From positions 1-64,000 of the forward strand of contig JAOZFT010000035.1 in the NCBI GenBank assembly GCA_027492035.1: a stretch of 64,000 nucleotides of DNA, read 5' to 3'. This document shows, one piece after another, positions 1 to 9,821 of this stretch. The notes beneath the pieces were generated by a model. The model searched no databases. It saw only the letters and a program-made list of their open reading frames with translations, and was not told the DNA's origin. The translations under genes and the position numbers were made by a program. This DNA comes from Thermoproteota archaeon. GTDB lineage: Archaea > Korarchaeota > JAOZGF01 > JAOZFZ01. The stretch's first letter is position 1, and the number at the start of each line of letters is the position of its first letter.

Positions 1-390
1 GCATCAGCCTCTTCCAACCCCCCACCCTCTTTCCCTTTTTCAAGAAAAGGAAAAAGGGCAAATATACATAATGTAAATTAAACTATTTAAAAATTTTCCT
101 TTTCAAGTTGAAAAAAATATTTAAAACTTCTCCTTAAAATTTAATATTTTTAATTAATATCTTTTTTATTAAAAAAAAGAAAAAAATAAGCGGTAAAAAT
201 AAATTTTTTTCACCAAAGAAAATTACAAAAAATTGAAGATTTTCTGTTTTAAAAGTTATTGTCTACACAGGGTTAATGCATTGCAGAGTCTGAATTCCAG
301 TTTACCTTTTCCTTACTTAATAATTACCAGGTCAAAGATCATTTTTCGTTGCAACCCTAACAAATTTTTCATGCGCCTAAAAATTACAGG

Positions 391-1644
391 TTAAACACGG
401 AAGATTACGTTTTCTTTTGAAAAAAGCTTAATTACAGCTGAAAGCATTAATAAGAGATAAATAATGTTTAGAAAGAGTGTGATTAAAGCCCTTTCTAAAT
501 TTAAAGATTTAAACACGATGTTTCGGATCACTGTAAGTGGTCCAAGAAACGGGAGATAAATTAAGTATTTAAGAGTAGCTGGTGGAAGATACATAAAAAC
601 CAGTAAAATCATAACTATCGCCATGGTTACGTATCCTGTATACTGCTGAGCTTCTTTAAAGCTTTTAGAGAACACGCCTGTCAACATGAGCAAGGCATTC
701 CCAATCATTCCCGTTAAAACTGCTGAAAAAACAATTAAAGAAATGTCTGTTACGGTTAAATTGAACTCCACAGCTTTAGAAACTCCCCCTATCCCTGTCA
801 AATTTGTCATGAAGAAAATAAATCCAGCTGCTAAGCCTATTATTTGGAAAACTATGCTTAAGAAAGATAAAATTGAGACACTCACATATTTCCCAATCAC
901 TATCTGAGCCCTAGTGACAGGCATTGTTAAGAAAGTTTCCAAAGTTCTCCTTTCTTTTTCGCCTGCAGTGGTATCTACTGCATAATGGCTTCCTGCAATA
1001 ACGGAAAATAAACCTATGAAATAGGGAATCAAAAACCCTATGAAACTGATTCCAGTAGGTACTGTTTTAACCGTAACCCTTACAACCCTCATAGGTTTAA
1101 TTATCTGCTCAGTTAAGTTTAATTTCTGTAGTCTTTCCTTTACGATTTTCTCAGAAACAGATGAAAAGAAACCGTTAATGATTTCAACTCCCATTTCTGA
1201 CCTCATATTGGAGGAATCGAAGAAAACCAGTAACTTAGCTGTCCCTCCTGAATCTAAAACTTTCGAGAAATTATTAGGTATTACTAAAACTAAGTCATAC
1301 ATGTTTTTGACAATTAATTCAGTTAAGTTTTCATTTCCAGTGAGTGTTGAAAGCTTAACAACCCCTATTCCACCCAACTCATCAACAAGTTTCTTCGCTT
1401 TAGTGTCTTGAACCAAAACTGCTACATGAGGTGGGTTACTTTTCGGTGACATGAAAAATATAGGTAAACCAAGTGATAAGGGCATTATGATGAAAGGAAG
1501 TAGTACAGCCGTAAAAATTGTTCTTTTATCCCTGAAGGCATCAAGTAACTCTTTCCAAACTATAACCAAAATTTTTGTTTGAGGTAGGTTTAAACCTATC
1601 TTTTCAGTAAGAGAAGTTTCCAAAGTTTGTTTCCTCTTTAACAA
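391..1644 (-). CDS. ABC-2/NatB-like ABC transporter permease
   Basis: KELLDAFRDKRT N-terminus, extracellular loop, multiple TM helices, GEKERRTLETFLTMP motif; directly downstream of the ABC ATPase; true start may be slightly downstream. Confidence 0.85.
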   Translation of the reverse strand: MLKRKQTLETSLTEKIGLNLPQTKILVIVWKELLDAFRDKRTIFTAVLLPFIIMPLSLGLPIFFMSPKSNPPHVAVLVQDTKAKKLVDELGGIGVVKLSTLTGNENLTELIVKNMYDLVLVIPNNFSKVLDSGGTAKLLVFFDSSNMRSEMGVEIINGFFSSVSEKIVKERLQKLNLTEQIIKPMRVVRVTVKTVPTGISFIGFLIPYFIGLFSVIAGSHYAVDTTAGEKERRTLETFLTMPVTRAQIVIGKYVSVSILSFLSIVFQIIGLAAGFIFFMTNLTGIGGVSKAVEFNLTVTDISLIVFSAVLTGMIGNALLMLTGVFSKSFKEAQQYTGYVTMAIVMILLVFMYLPPATLKYLIYLPFLGPLTVIRNIVFKSLNLERALITLFLNIIYLLLMLSAVIKLFSKENVIFRV

Positions 1645-2356
1645 GTTTCACAAATACCTCTTCAAAATCTTTTTGTTTAGTTACTTTTTCAATTTCTTCT
1701 TTTTTACCCTCAATCAATATTTTACCTTTATGGATTATTGCAACATATTTACAGATTTTCTCCACTTCCCACATGTTGTGAGTTGAAATAACCACTGTTT
1801 TTCCCTGTGAAGCATTCTTAACTATTATATCCCTTATTTCTCTTGCACTCATTACATCTAAGCCAGAGGTGGGTTCATCTAAAAAAAGAATCTCGGGGTC
1901 GTGAAGTAAGGCCCTCATTAAAGCAACCTTTTGTTTCATACCCTTAGAAAACTTCCCAACCTTCATGTTCCTCTGTTCACGTAACCCCATGACTTCCAAC
2001 AATTCATTAATTCTTTCCTTTAATTTTTCACTAGATAAATTATAGAGTTTACCTTGGAAAATTAATGTTTCTACGGGTGTTAATCTATCATACACTCCCA
2101 CATCTTCAGGTAAAACTCCAATTATTTTCCTAACCTTTAAGTCATCCCTTACTACATCGTAACCTCCAACTTCAGCTGTTCCAACAGTGGGTTTTAACAC
2201 CGTAGATAGCATCCTTAAAGTGGTTGTTTTTCCTGCCCCATTAGGGCCTAAAAAGCCAAAAATTGTGCCTTTCTTAACTTTAAAATAAATATGATCCACT
2301 GCTACTAACCCATTAAACACTTTTGTTAATCCTTTTACCGCAATTGCTGTCCCCAA
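1604..2356 (-). CDS. ABC transporter ATP-binding protein (NatA-like)
   Basis: Walker A GPNGAGKT, signature FSKGMKQ, Walker B LFLDEP, H-loop STH. Confidence 0.93.
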   Translation of the reverse strand: MGTAIAVKGLTKVFNGLVAVDHIYFKVKKGTIFGFLGPNGAGKTTTLRMLSTVLKPTVGTAEVGGYDVVRDDLKVRKIIGVLPEDVGVYDRLTPVETLIFQGKLYNLSSEKLKERINELLEVMGLREQRNMKVGKFSKGMKQKVALMRALLHDPEILFLDEPTSGLDVMSAREIRDIIVKNASQGKTVVISTHNMWEVEKICKYVAIIHKGKILIEGKKEEIEKVTKQKDFEEVFVKLVKEETNFGNFSY

Positions 2357-2668
2357 TTGTTTTCCACCTTCAAAAACAAAGGTTTACATTTTTTTTTAAA
2401 CTGTTTCCCCTCTTAACATTTACTTTTCCGTACTATTACCTCTTTATTTAACTTTTTAGCGAATCTTAAAGAAATTATTTAAAAAACCCTTTTTCTTTTT
2501 TAAATCATTGAAATTCCTATCTTCAATTTTAAAGGGGAAGTTAAGTAAGGGAAAAGGGGAAAGATTAAATTTTGAAGTTTCTCTGTTGCAAGTTTAAAAG
2601 AAGTTTGTTTCTAAGCCTTATAAAGGTTATTTTGAAGTAACAAATGATTCTCTTGAACGGGGAGGATA

Positions 2669-4303
2669 GTGGTCAGGTTTAGTTTTCTCTTGAGAATTTT
2701 TTTTCATGAAGGTAAACTTTTTTTTCGGCAGAGTAAATACGGGAAGAAGGGGGTTTTTGCTTCTTTATTCTTTGTTAACTTTGTTTCAGGTTCTCTTCTT
2801 TTCTTAACAAGTTTAAACATTGTGTACGCCTTGAATAAACTTTTCGTTCCAGAAGATGTGGTTTACAATGTTGTTTTGCTTTTCCTTAATTCTTTGTTTG
2901 TTTATTCCATTATTTTCGGAACTCTTGAATCAATAGCTCTTTTCTCTAGAGAATCTGACCAAAATTTCCTTACTTCTCTCCCTGTTTCAACCAGGGAAAT
3001 AGTTTGGGGTAAAACTTTCTGGATTTTTATTTCCTTGCTTTTCTACGTAATTTTTCCCTTTTTCTCCCTTTTCTATCCCTTAAGGACCCTTTTTTCAAGT
3101 CAACAATTGATTTTAATTTTCTCACTTAGCTTATTCTTAATTTTCATAGGTTCTTCTCTCTCAGTGCTTATCTGTTTCGCTTTGTTCACTCTTTCTTCCC
3201 CTTCCTCATTAAAAAGTAAATTTTCAATTATTGTGGGAGTTTTTCTTATTCTCAGCTTATTACTGTTCAACACTTACTTCGTGGCTTTTCCTGCTAATCC
3301 TCAAAGTTTTTACAAATTACTTCTTTTTAAATCTGAGAATCCGTTGTGGTATTTCTCACCGGCTTCCTGGAGTTTTTATTTAATTAAAGGTACAGTTGCC
3401 AATCCTTTATTGAAGCCTTTTTCCATCACATTCCTCTCTTTAACTTCATTTATGCTGTTTCTCTTCCTCAACAAATACTCAAATGCCTGGTTCGTCAGCC
3501 TCGGAAATAAATTTTCTGCTCCCCCTCACTCTACTCTCCAAAAAAGAAAGTACTTTAATGGTTACAATATAACTTATACTTTACTAAGCCGTTTAATTGG
3601 TGAAAAAATTTATTATGTGTTTTTGAATGAAACTCGTTTAACTTTTAGGGAAAACTTTCGTTTATTAAATATGGTTATTTTTGTTTTACTGCTTGTTCCT
3701 GTTCTTGCTCCCTTATATAAGGGTTCCTTTCTTCTTAAAGGAAAATTTTTTCCCCTCTTCCATTTATTAATCAACATCATACCCATTTATGTGGCTGTTT
3801 TCTGTTCCCAATCCATAGGATGGGAAGGAAAAAGTTTTATGTTAATTAAAAAATCACCCATAAAAAATTGGGAACTATTTCTAGGTAAATTTCTTTTCTA
3901 TTTATGTTCAGACTCTGCTTTAATCCTTATTTTTTCTTTTCTAATAATCCTTCAATTCCCTTTCAACTTATTTGAAAAACTAACTCTTATATTTTCACCT
4001 TTAATTGCTTCAGTAGGTGTTTTACTTTTCTCTATGTGGGTTGGTGTCACGTTTCCAAATTTTGAAGGTGAAGTTACTGGTTTACTGGGTTCAAGAAAAG
4101 AAGGAGTAAATCTTTTAGGGTCGTTAACACTTTCAACGAGTATTGTTCTCTTTTTCTTCGGGCCAGTTCTTTTCTTAACCCTAGCCTCAATAAATAATTA
4201 TATTCCACTGTTCTATTTTTCCATGCCTAGCCTTTTAACAATTTTTATGGGGCTGCTGACCTTGAGAATGTCCCTGCAAAAGATTGAAATATTAGAAGTT
4301 TAA
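2669..4303 (+). CDS. Polytopic membrane protein, putative ABC exporter permease
   Basis: About 12-14 TM segments; duplicated ABC-permease-like motifs LTSLPVSTREIVWGK and KKSPIKNWELFLGK. Confidence 0.7.
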   Translation: MVRFSFLLRIFFHEGKLFFRQSKYGKKGVFASLFFVNFVSGSLLFLTSLNIVYALNKLFVPEDVVYNVVLLFLNSLFVYSIIFGTLESIALFSRESDQNFLTSLPVSTREIVWGKTFWIFISLLFYVIFPFFSLFYPLRTLFSSQQLILIFSLSLFLIFIGSSLSVLICFALFTLSSPSSLKSKFSIIVGVFLILSLLLFNTYFVAFPANPQSFYKLLLFKSENPLWYFSPASWSFYLIKGTVANPLLKPFSITFLSLTSFMLFLFLNKYSNAWFVSLGNKFSAPPHSTLQKRKYFNGYNITYTLLSRLIGEKIYYVFLNETRLTFRENFRLLNMVIFVLLLVPVLAPLYKGSFLLKGKFFPLFHLLINIIPIYVAVFCSQSIGWEGKSFMLIKKSPIKNWELFLGKFLFYLCSDSALILIFSFLIILQFPFNLFEKLTLIFSPLIASVGVLLFSMWVGVTFPNFEGEVTGLLGSRKEGVNLLGSLTLSTSIVLFFFGPVLFLTLASINNYIPLFYFSMPSLLTIFMGLLTLRMSLQKIEILEV

Positions 4304-4365
4304 CCTTTAAAATGAAAGGTTAAGAAGCTTCTTTATAAAGGGAAAATTCGGACTGATGTGCGGAA

Positions 4366-5805
4366 ATGTATGGAATGCTTCTTGAGAAAAGAAAAATGAT
4401 TGAGGAGGAGTTGAAAGACTTCTTCCTAGCTAGTGAAGAAAGAGAAACATTTCTCAATTACTTCCTCCACTTTTTCGTAAAGCCGAGGATGAGAAATATT
4501 AAGGACTTGAAAATTGAAAGGAATAACGAAGAGGTTTTGGTTGGTTTAAAATATTTATTAATTAATGTAGCTACTGAAATTGAAATAAATATGCAGTTTT
4601 CTATCACTAACAAATTTAGGTACCGAGTAAGCGGCATAGCTCCTTCTCGTTACTTCGAAAAGCTTAAGAGAGAATTATATGCGCTAATTTACAACTATAG
4701 ATTCACTAGAGGTAAACGTTCTCTTTATCTTAGCTTGTTTGAAGGAAGCAAATCATCTCCTGAAACATCTAAACCCCCAGGGAGCTACGGGATGTATTCA
4801 AAAAATTTAGTTGGAATCTACATGACCATTTTTGGTTTATTCTTTTTCCTTTTCTATTTGTTAGGGTTTTATGCATTAGTCGCTCTTCTACTTATTCAGT
4901 TCTTTCTCTTCTACTCCTCTGACAAATCTTTGTTCAACTTGAGCACGTGGAAGGTCACGCAAGAAAATAAACGTCTATGGATTCTAAAAATAGCTGTTCC
5001 AATGGAAAAATTCAGGGATTTCTACCAACAAAACTTTCCCAAACTTAAAACTTTGAAAGAAGAAATCATCAACCGAGTATACACCCCAAAGGGGGAAATT
5101 TCAAAAGAAGATGTTTCAGAAATAATTAAAGAAAAAGAAATAAACTTATATGGTGGAGAAGTAGAAGTAAAACCTATAAATATCTTAGATGTTGTGAAGG
5201 GGGTTTCCTCTAAACTAAAAGTTAAAACTCCAAAAATAGGGTTAATCAACACTCCATTACCTAACGCAGCTGCTACAGGTCCTTCTCAGCACAAATCAAC
5301 TATTGTCATAACCACAGGTTTACTATCCTTTTCAGATGAAGAAGAACTAGAAAATATAGTCGCCCATGAACTAGGCCACATAAAAAACAAAGACCCCCTC
5401 TCCCTACTTCTTTTAAGCCTATTTGTTGAGTCGCTTAGACTAATTGTTTTCTTCACTTATTTCTCGATCATAGCCTTCATGTATTTCTTTTTAGGAGTAA
5501 CTCTTGTTTACTTTTTCGCTAAAATCTTTGAAATAAGAGCAGATTTAGAGGCGATAAAACATCTGAAACAACCGAAAACATTCGCAAATATTTTAAGAAA
5601 AATAATGTTCAGAACAGGTTTCCCTTACAGAAAATCCTTCTTAGCATGGTTTAATTGGGATCCTCACCCTCCAATCTACTTCAGAATAAAAATGATGGAA
5701 GAATTCGCTCGAAAAAAGGAAATAGAGGAAAAAAATTCAACAATTCAAGCCTTTAAAGAACTGTTTAAGGGTTTCTTTGCGGATTTATTTGACAAAACGT
5801 TCTAG
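4366..5805 (+). CDS. M48 (HtpX-like) membrane zinc metalloprotease with long N-terminal extension
   Basis: PNAAATG, AHELGH (HExxH), EIRAD and HPP motifs; TM helices. Confidence 0.88.
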   Translation: MYGMLLEKRKMIEEELKDFFLASEERETFLNYFLHFFVKPRMRNIKDLKIERNNEEVLVGLKYLLINVATEIEINMQFSITNKFRYRVSGIAPSRYFEKLKRELYALIYNYRFTRGKRSLYLSLFEGSKSSPETSKPPGSYGMYSKNLVGIYMTIFGLFFFLFYLLGFYALVALLLIQFFLFYSSDKSLFNLSTWKVTQENKRLWILKIAVPMEKFRDFYQQNFPKLKTLKEEIINRVYTPKGEISKEDVSEIIKEKEINLYGGEVEVKPINILDVVKGVSSKLKVKTPKIGLINTPLPNAAATGPSQHKSTIVITTGLLSFSDEEELENIVAHELGHIKNKDPLSLLLLSLFVESLRLIVFFTYFSIIAFMYFFLGVTLVYFFAKIFEIRADLEAIKHLKQPKTFANILRKIMFRTGFPYRKSFLAWFNWDPHPPIYFRIKMMEEFARKKEIEEKNSTIQAFKELFKGFFADLFDKTF

Positions 5806-5976
5806 AAAAACAAACAACAAGTTTAAATACACCTCTAATATGTTTTTCCTCTCCTAAATTTGTTCATGAAAAACTAAAAAGGAATTTTTTTAAAACAATG
5901 TCTTTGAGAGGAAATTTTTCTGATTTTTCACAAGTTTCCAGAGGTGCAGAGATTGTAAGTTAGGAGGTAAGAACAA

Positions 5977-6576
5977 TTGGAAAAGGAAAAAGTTGCAGGT
6001 GTAATCTCAATTATTTTCTCTCCCCCAGTAATTGGCTTATTTATAACCCTAATTTTAACATTTAAGCCCCCTTATGGGCAACAAGTAAATCCTTTCTTAG
6101 CCTTTCTTTTCGGTTTATGTTTCATTGTCATCTTACCAATTCTTCCTGTCATCTATGCTTCAAAAAAAGGGAAAGTTGAGCTGGATGTTCCAAACAAAGA
6201 GAAAAGAGGGAAGTTCCTTTTAATTTCCATAATTACTTACTTTACAGGTTTCCTTTTAGCTAACTTGCTGAACATGAAAGGATTCTCCCTAATGGTTTTC
6301 TCCTACTTCTTAGTTACTTTTTTTGTTTTGTTCTTTAATTACTTCATAAAAATTAGTATCCATACAACTGGTGTTGCAGGACCTGCTACAGCTTTAGTTT
6401 TTTTCTATGGTTTAGAGGTTTACCCATTCTGGTTTATTCTTTTACCTGTTTTTTGGGCTAGGCTGGTTCTGAAAAAACATGATCTGTTTCAATTATTGCT
6501 TGGGGTAGTTACAGGTGTATCAGTTACCTTTTTAGCTTTCCACATTGTAGTTTTTCTAAAACCTTTCTTGAAATAA
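5977..6576 (+). CDS. PAP2-superfamily membrane phosphatase-like protein
   Basis: Six TM segments; KISIHTTG and ARLVLKKH resemble PAP2 motifs 2 and 3. Confidence 0.65.
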   Translation: MEKEKVAGVISIIFSPPVIGLFITLILTFKPPYGQQVNPFLAFLFGLCFIVILPILPVIYASKKGKVELDVPNKEKRGKFLLISIITYFTGFLLANLLNMKGFSLMVFSYFLVTFFVLFFNYFIKISIHTTGVAGPATALVFFYGLEVYPFWFILLPVFWARLVLKKHDLFQLLLGVVTGVSVTFLAFHIVVFLKPFLK

Positions 6577-6635
6577 GTTGATTAGGCTTCCTCTCTTGTC
6601 TCTAATTCTCCTTTTTTAAAAATAAATTGAAAAAG

Positions 6636-7181
6636 TTAATGTGAATCAATTATCAAAGAACTCTCCCTTATTTTCTTCAGTATCTCTTTCTCTACTTTTC
6701 TAAGTGAGTCTTCGGGGTTCCTGTAATCCCATTCCAGGTAGATGGTTTCCATTCTCTTCTGCAGTTCTTCAATAAATATACCTTTCCCCTTAACCTCTAC
6801 ATATCCCCCGTTCTTGCTTCTATTGGTTTTGTTCACCCCACAACTGGGGGAGCCTGCTATACCGATGATCCCGAAAACCATTATCCCTGCATCTATTAAT
6901 TTTTGGTGATGTTTCTTAACTTCTTCCGCTAGTTTAGCACATAAACTTCTTAAACCCCTTTTTTCATATTCATCTTTTGACATAGGGTTTCTTTTCAAAC
7001 CTAAAAGTTCAAACTCGGGGCATGGAAGTACTTCTATTCCCAAATTGTATTTTTTAGCTAAATCAACAAGTTCTGGCACAAATGAAGAATATTTATATTT
7101 AACAAGCCAAGGAACAATGGTGTTCTGATTCATTAAACAATGTGCAAGAAACAAAACCTTAAAACTCCTGTTATCTACCAT
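6636..7181 (-). CDS. DUF523/TudS-related putative Fe-S thiouracil desulfidase
   Basis: HCLMNQN, PCPE and GSPSCG motifs. Confidence 0.75.
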   Translation of the reverse strand: MVDNRSFKVLFLAHCLMNQNTIVPWLVKYKYSSFVPELVDLAKKYNLGIEVLPCPEFELLGLKRNPMSKDEYEKRGLRSLCAKLAEEVKKHHQKLIDAGIMVFGIIGIAGSPSCGVNKTNRSKNGGYVEVKGKGIFIEELQKRMETIYLEWDYRNPEDSLRKVEKEILKKIRESSLIIDSH

Positions 7182-7343
7182 TCACTTTTCACCAAAGCAC
7201 CTGTTTTCTTTTCAAAAGGTTTCTTTTCAAAACCATTTTCTTAGTTTAAAGAAGCAATCGTTTAAATATTTTATTTTCTTCTTTTCCTTTTTGTTAGAAA
7301 TCCTTTTTGCCGAATAAATTTCTCAAGGGATGAAGGTGGTTCC

Positions 7344-8579
7344 TTGTACCATTACAGTCTCCCTCTTTTAAGAAAGGTTTGTGACAGAATCCTAACTCAA
7401 AACCTAAACTTAGGTGAAGGGTCTGAACTTTTCATACTTCTTTCATTTACTGCAGAAGATGAAAAAGTAGCTTTAGAAACGTTTTTAATCTATGAAATAA
7501 TGACTGAGGAAGCAAAGAAATTAGGTATAGATGTTTCCTTGATGTTTTTTCCTTCGAGGCAAAGCAGTAGTTTTTCACCTGAAAGTTTCAATATTTTGAG
7601 GGGTTTTTGGGCATTGAAACAAGGAGTTAATGAATTCATGAAAGAGAAATTCTCTTCAGTAATAGATTTTCTTAAACATTACGGCTTACCTGATGTCATC
7701 TATATTGTAAAAGACAATAAAAGTTTGGGGAGGGATAAATACGGGCTTCATCATGGTTATTCTGTTATGGAAGGGCGGGAGAAAATTAGGGACGGTTTAA
7801 GCTTAATTTTAAGCTCTAAAGTTAATGTTGCATTCAGCTCCCCCTTACCTATAAACGTTTTCATTAAATCAAATACTGTAGACTTAGCGAAGCTTGTTGA
7901 GTACAATGAATCAGTTTATAACAAATTAATTAACTGTGAAAAGATGGGTATTGAATCGTCTCCGTTAGTAATGGAAGGTAAAGGCGTTTTTACAAGCTTA
8001 ACTGCAGAGGTAGAGGGAAAAAACATATTTACTGATAATGGATATTTTACAGAAGAGAACAGGAGAATAAATATTCCTCCAGGTGAAGTTTTTTTTACCC
8101 CAACTAACCTAAACGGCACCTTAATTGTTGATGGCTTAATTGAGATCAGTAAGTACTTCTTCCTTGAACATCCCCTGTTACTAAAAATTTCTGAAAGGGA
8201 ATTGGTTGTCGATGACATGAAAGGGAAAGGAGAAATTTTTGAGAATTTCAAAAAATATTTGTCTGAAATCGAGGAAAAACTTGAAAAATTTAGACTAAGG
8301 GTTCCTGGGCCTCAATTTAGAACGCTTCGCTCCAACTTGTTTAAATTTGGAGAAGTAGGTGTAGGAACTAATCCTTCAGCTTTAATAGGTGCTTGGCCTG
8401 TACAAATAGAAAAAAGGCTAGGCACCTTACACTTTGGTTTAGGATCAGGTTGGACAGAAGAAACAAGGACTATTCACCGTAAAAAGATGGTGATAGGTGT
8501 TAAGTCCAAATTAACTGTTTTCACAGAAAAGAACAGTAAAAAGGAGTTTATCCTTAGAGGAGGCAAATTCCTTAATTAA
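7344..8579 (+). CDS. M29/aminopeptidase T-like metallopeptidase-family protein
   Basis: NIPPGEVFFTP, GEVGVGTNP and EKRLGTLHFGLG motifs; terminal HxD appears as HRK. Confidence 0.7.
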   Translation: MYHYSLPLLRKVCDRILTQNLNLGEGSELFILLSFTAEDEKVALETFLIYEIMTEEAKKLGIDVSLMFFPSRQSSSFSPESFNILRGFWALKQGVNEFMKEKFSSVIDFLKHYGLPDVIYIVKDNKSLGRDKYGLHHGYSVMEGREKIRDGLSLILSSKVNVAFSSPLPINVFIKSNTVDLAKLVEYNESVYNKLINCEKMGIESSPLVMEGKGVFTSLTAEVEGKNIFTDNGYFTEENRRINIPPGEVFFTPTNLNGTLIVDGLIEISKYFFLEHPLLLKISERELVVDDMKGKGEIFENFKKYLSEIEEKLEKFRLRVPGPQFRTLRSNLFKFGEVGVGTNPSALIGAWPVQIEKRLGTLHFGLGSGWTEETRTIHRKKMVIGVKSKLTVFTEKNSKKEFILRGGKFLN

Positions 8580-8609
8580 CCTTAACTTGGTCGATGAAAA
8601 AGCCTAAGT

Positions 8610-9068
8610 CTAGGTTTGTTCCTCTTCTGGGATAGGTAACCTGAAGTCTTCTTTCAAAATACTTAACACCACACTTGTTGTTGTTTCTGAAGCTAAACCT
8701 AGATTCAATATCTTATTTATAAAATTGTTTAATCCCTCCCTTCCCTTAAACCTCCCTATTAACACTAAATCATAAACTCCAGTTATTGAGTAAGCTTGCA
8801 TTATTTCTTTAAACTTAAGGTATTCCTCCTTTAAATCTTCGGGAGGTTTTGGGGTTTTAACCATTATGACAGCTGTGAAATCCATACCTAGCATTTTAGG
8901 ATTGATTACCGGTATAAAATCAGTGATCACTCCATTTTCAACCATTTTCTTTATTCTGTTATGTACTGTACCTACAGATACTCCCACTTCTTTAGCTATT
9001 TCTCTGTAACTTATTCTTGTGTCCTTTTGAAGAATTTTTAAAATCGATAAATCTATTTCATCAACCAT
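8610..9068 (-). CDS. Lrp/AsnC family transcriptional regulator
   Basis: DEIDLSILKILQKDTRISYREIAKEVGVS HTH; ITGVYDL RAM domain. Confidence 0.93.
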   Translation of the reverse strand: MVDEIDLSILKILQKDTRISYREIAKEVGVSVGTVHNRIKKMVENGVITDFIPVINPKMLGMDFTAVIMVKTPKPPEDLKEEYLKFKEIMQAYSITGVYDLVLIGRFKGREGLNNFINKILNLGLASETTTSVVLSILKEDFRLPIPEEEQT

Positions 9069-9230
9069 TTCCTAAACCGCTTCTTTCTTTTTTCCTTCTT
9101 TTAAAGGAGAAATGTATCTTTACTATTTTTAAAGATTTATTTTTAAATGTTTATTTTTGTTTATATTTCTCTCTATTTTTCTTTATAAATTTTATCCTAA
9201 AACCTTCCTTAAGTAACGTGAATTAAGTGT

Positions 9231-9782
9231 TTAACAATCAGATCCCCCAACTTCGTCCTTTAGGCTTTTAGGGAGTCTAACTCCTGTCTGCCCTTGGTAA
9301 AATCCTTTGTACGGTTTATCTACAAAATTTAAACATTTAATAAAAAGCACATGGAGAAACCTTATTCCCCTATACAGCCTTATTGAGTGAGGTTTAGCCC
9401 AGAAAGTTTCGATTGTTAATTCTCCTTCGAAGCCTGCATCTATGTAGGTGACAGGGGAAACGAAACCTAGCCTTGCAAAGGTGGATCTTAATCCGCAAAT
9501 TGCCACAGTATCCATGGGCATCTTCAAATATTCCTCTGTATGGAGAAGAATAGAAGTGAACTTAGGTATTTCTATTCCCTCCCTAGTTATTTCTTTTATT
9601 TCAAAAAAGTCTTCAGGCCTATTTTCAGCTAAATCTAAAACTCCATTCTTTTTAGGAAAGCCTATTTCTTTACCTATGTGAAGATCGACACCATTTTGCT
9701 GTATTGTATCTTCTTTTAAAGGTTTTATAATTAATCTACCTGCGGAAATGTAGGCCTTTAAATCAAAATCACTGAAAGACAT
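9231..9782 (-). CDS. dcd: dCTP deaminase
   Basis: IQQNGVDL, RSTFARLG, IDAGFEGELTIE and YQGQTG motifs. Confidence 0.9.
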   Translation of the reverse strand: MSFSDFDLKAYISAGRLIIKPLKEDTIQQNGVDLHIGKEIGFPKKNGVLDLAENRPEDFFEIKEITREGIEIPKFTSILLHTEEYLKMPMDTVAICGLRSTFARLGFVSPVTYIDAGFEGELTIETFWAKPHSIRLYRGIRFLHVLFIKCLNFVDKPYKGFYQGQTGVRLPKSLKDEVGGSDC

Positions 9783-9821
9783 TCCCTTATGTCCCTTCTC
9801 TCTAAAAAAGAGGGAAAGAAG

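Noticed and set aside
1-58. Possible minus-strand TTG start at 17 and a 9-bp stem hairpin at 33-58
   Set aside because: Too little sequence at the window edge; the stem is low-complexity purine/pyrimidine sequence
65-76. TACATAATGTA palindrome, with CATAATGTAA also at 44611 upstream of the ArsR gene
   Set aside because: A 10-bp AT-rich match is plausible by chance in this composition
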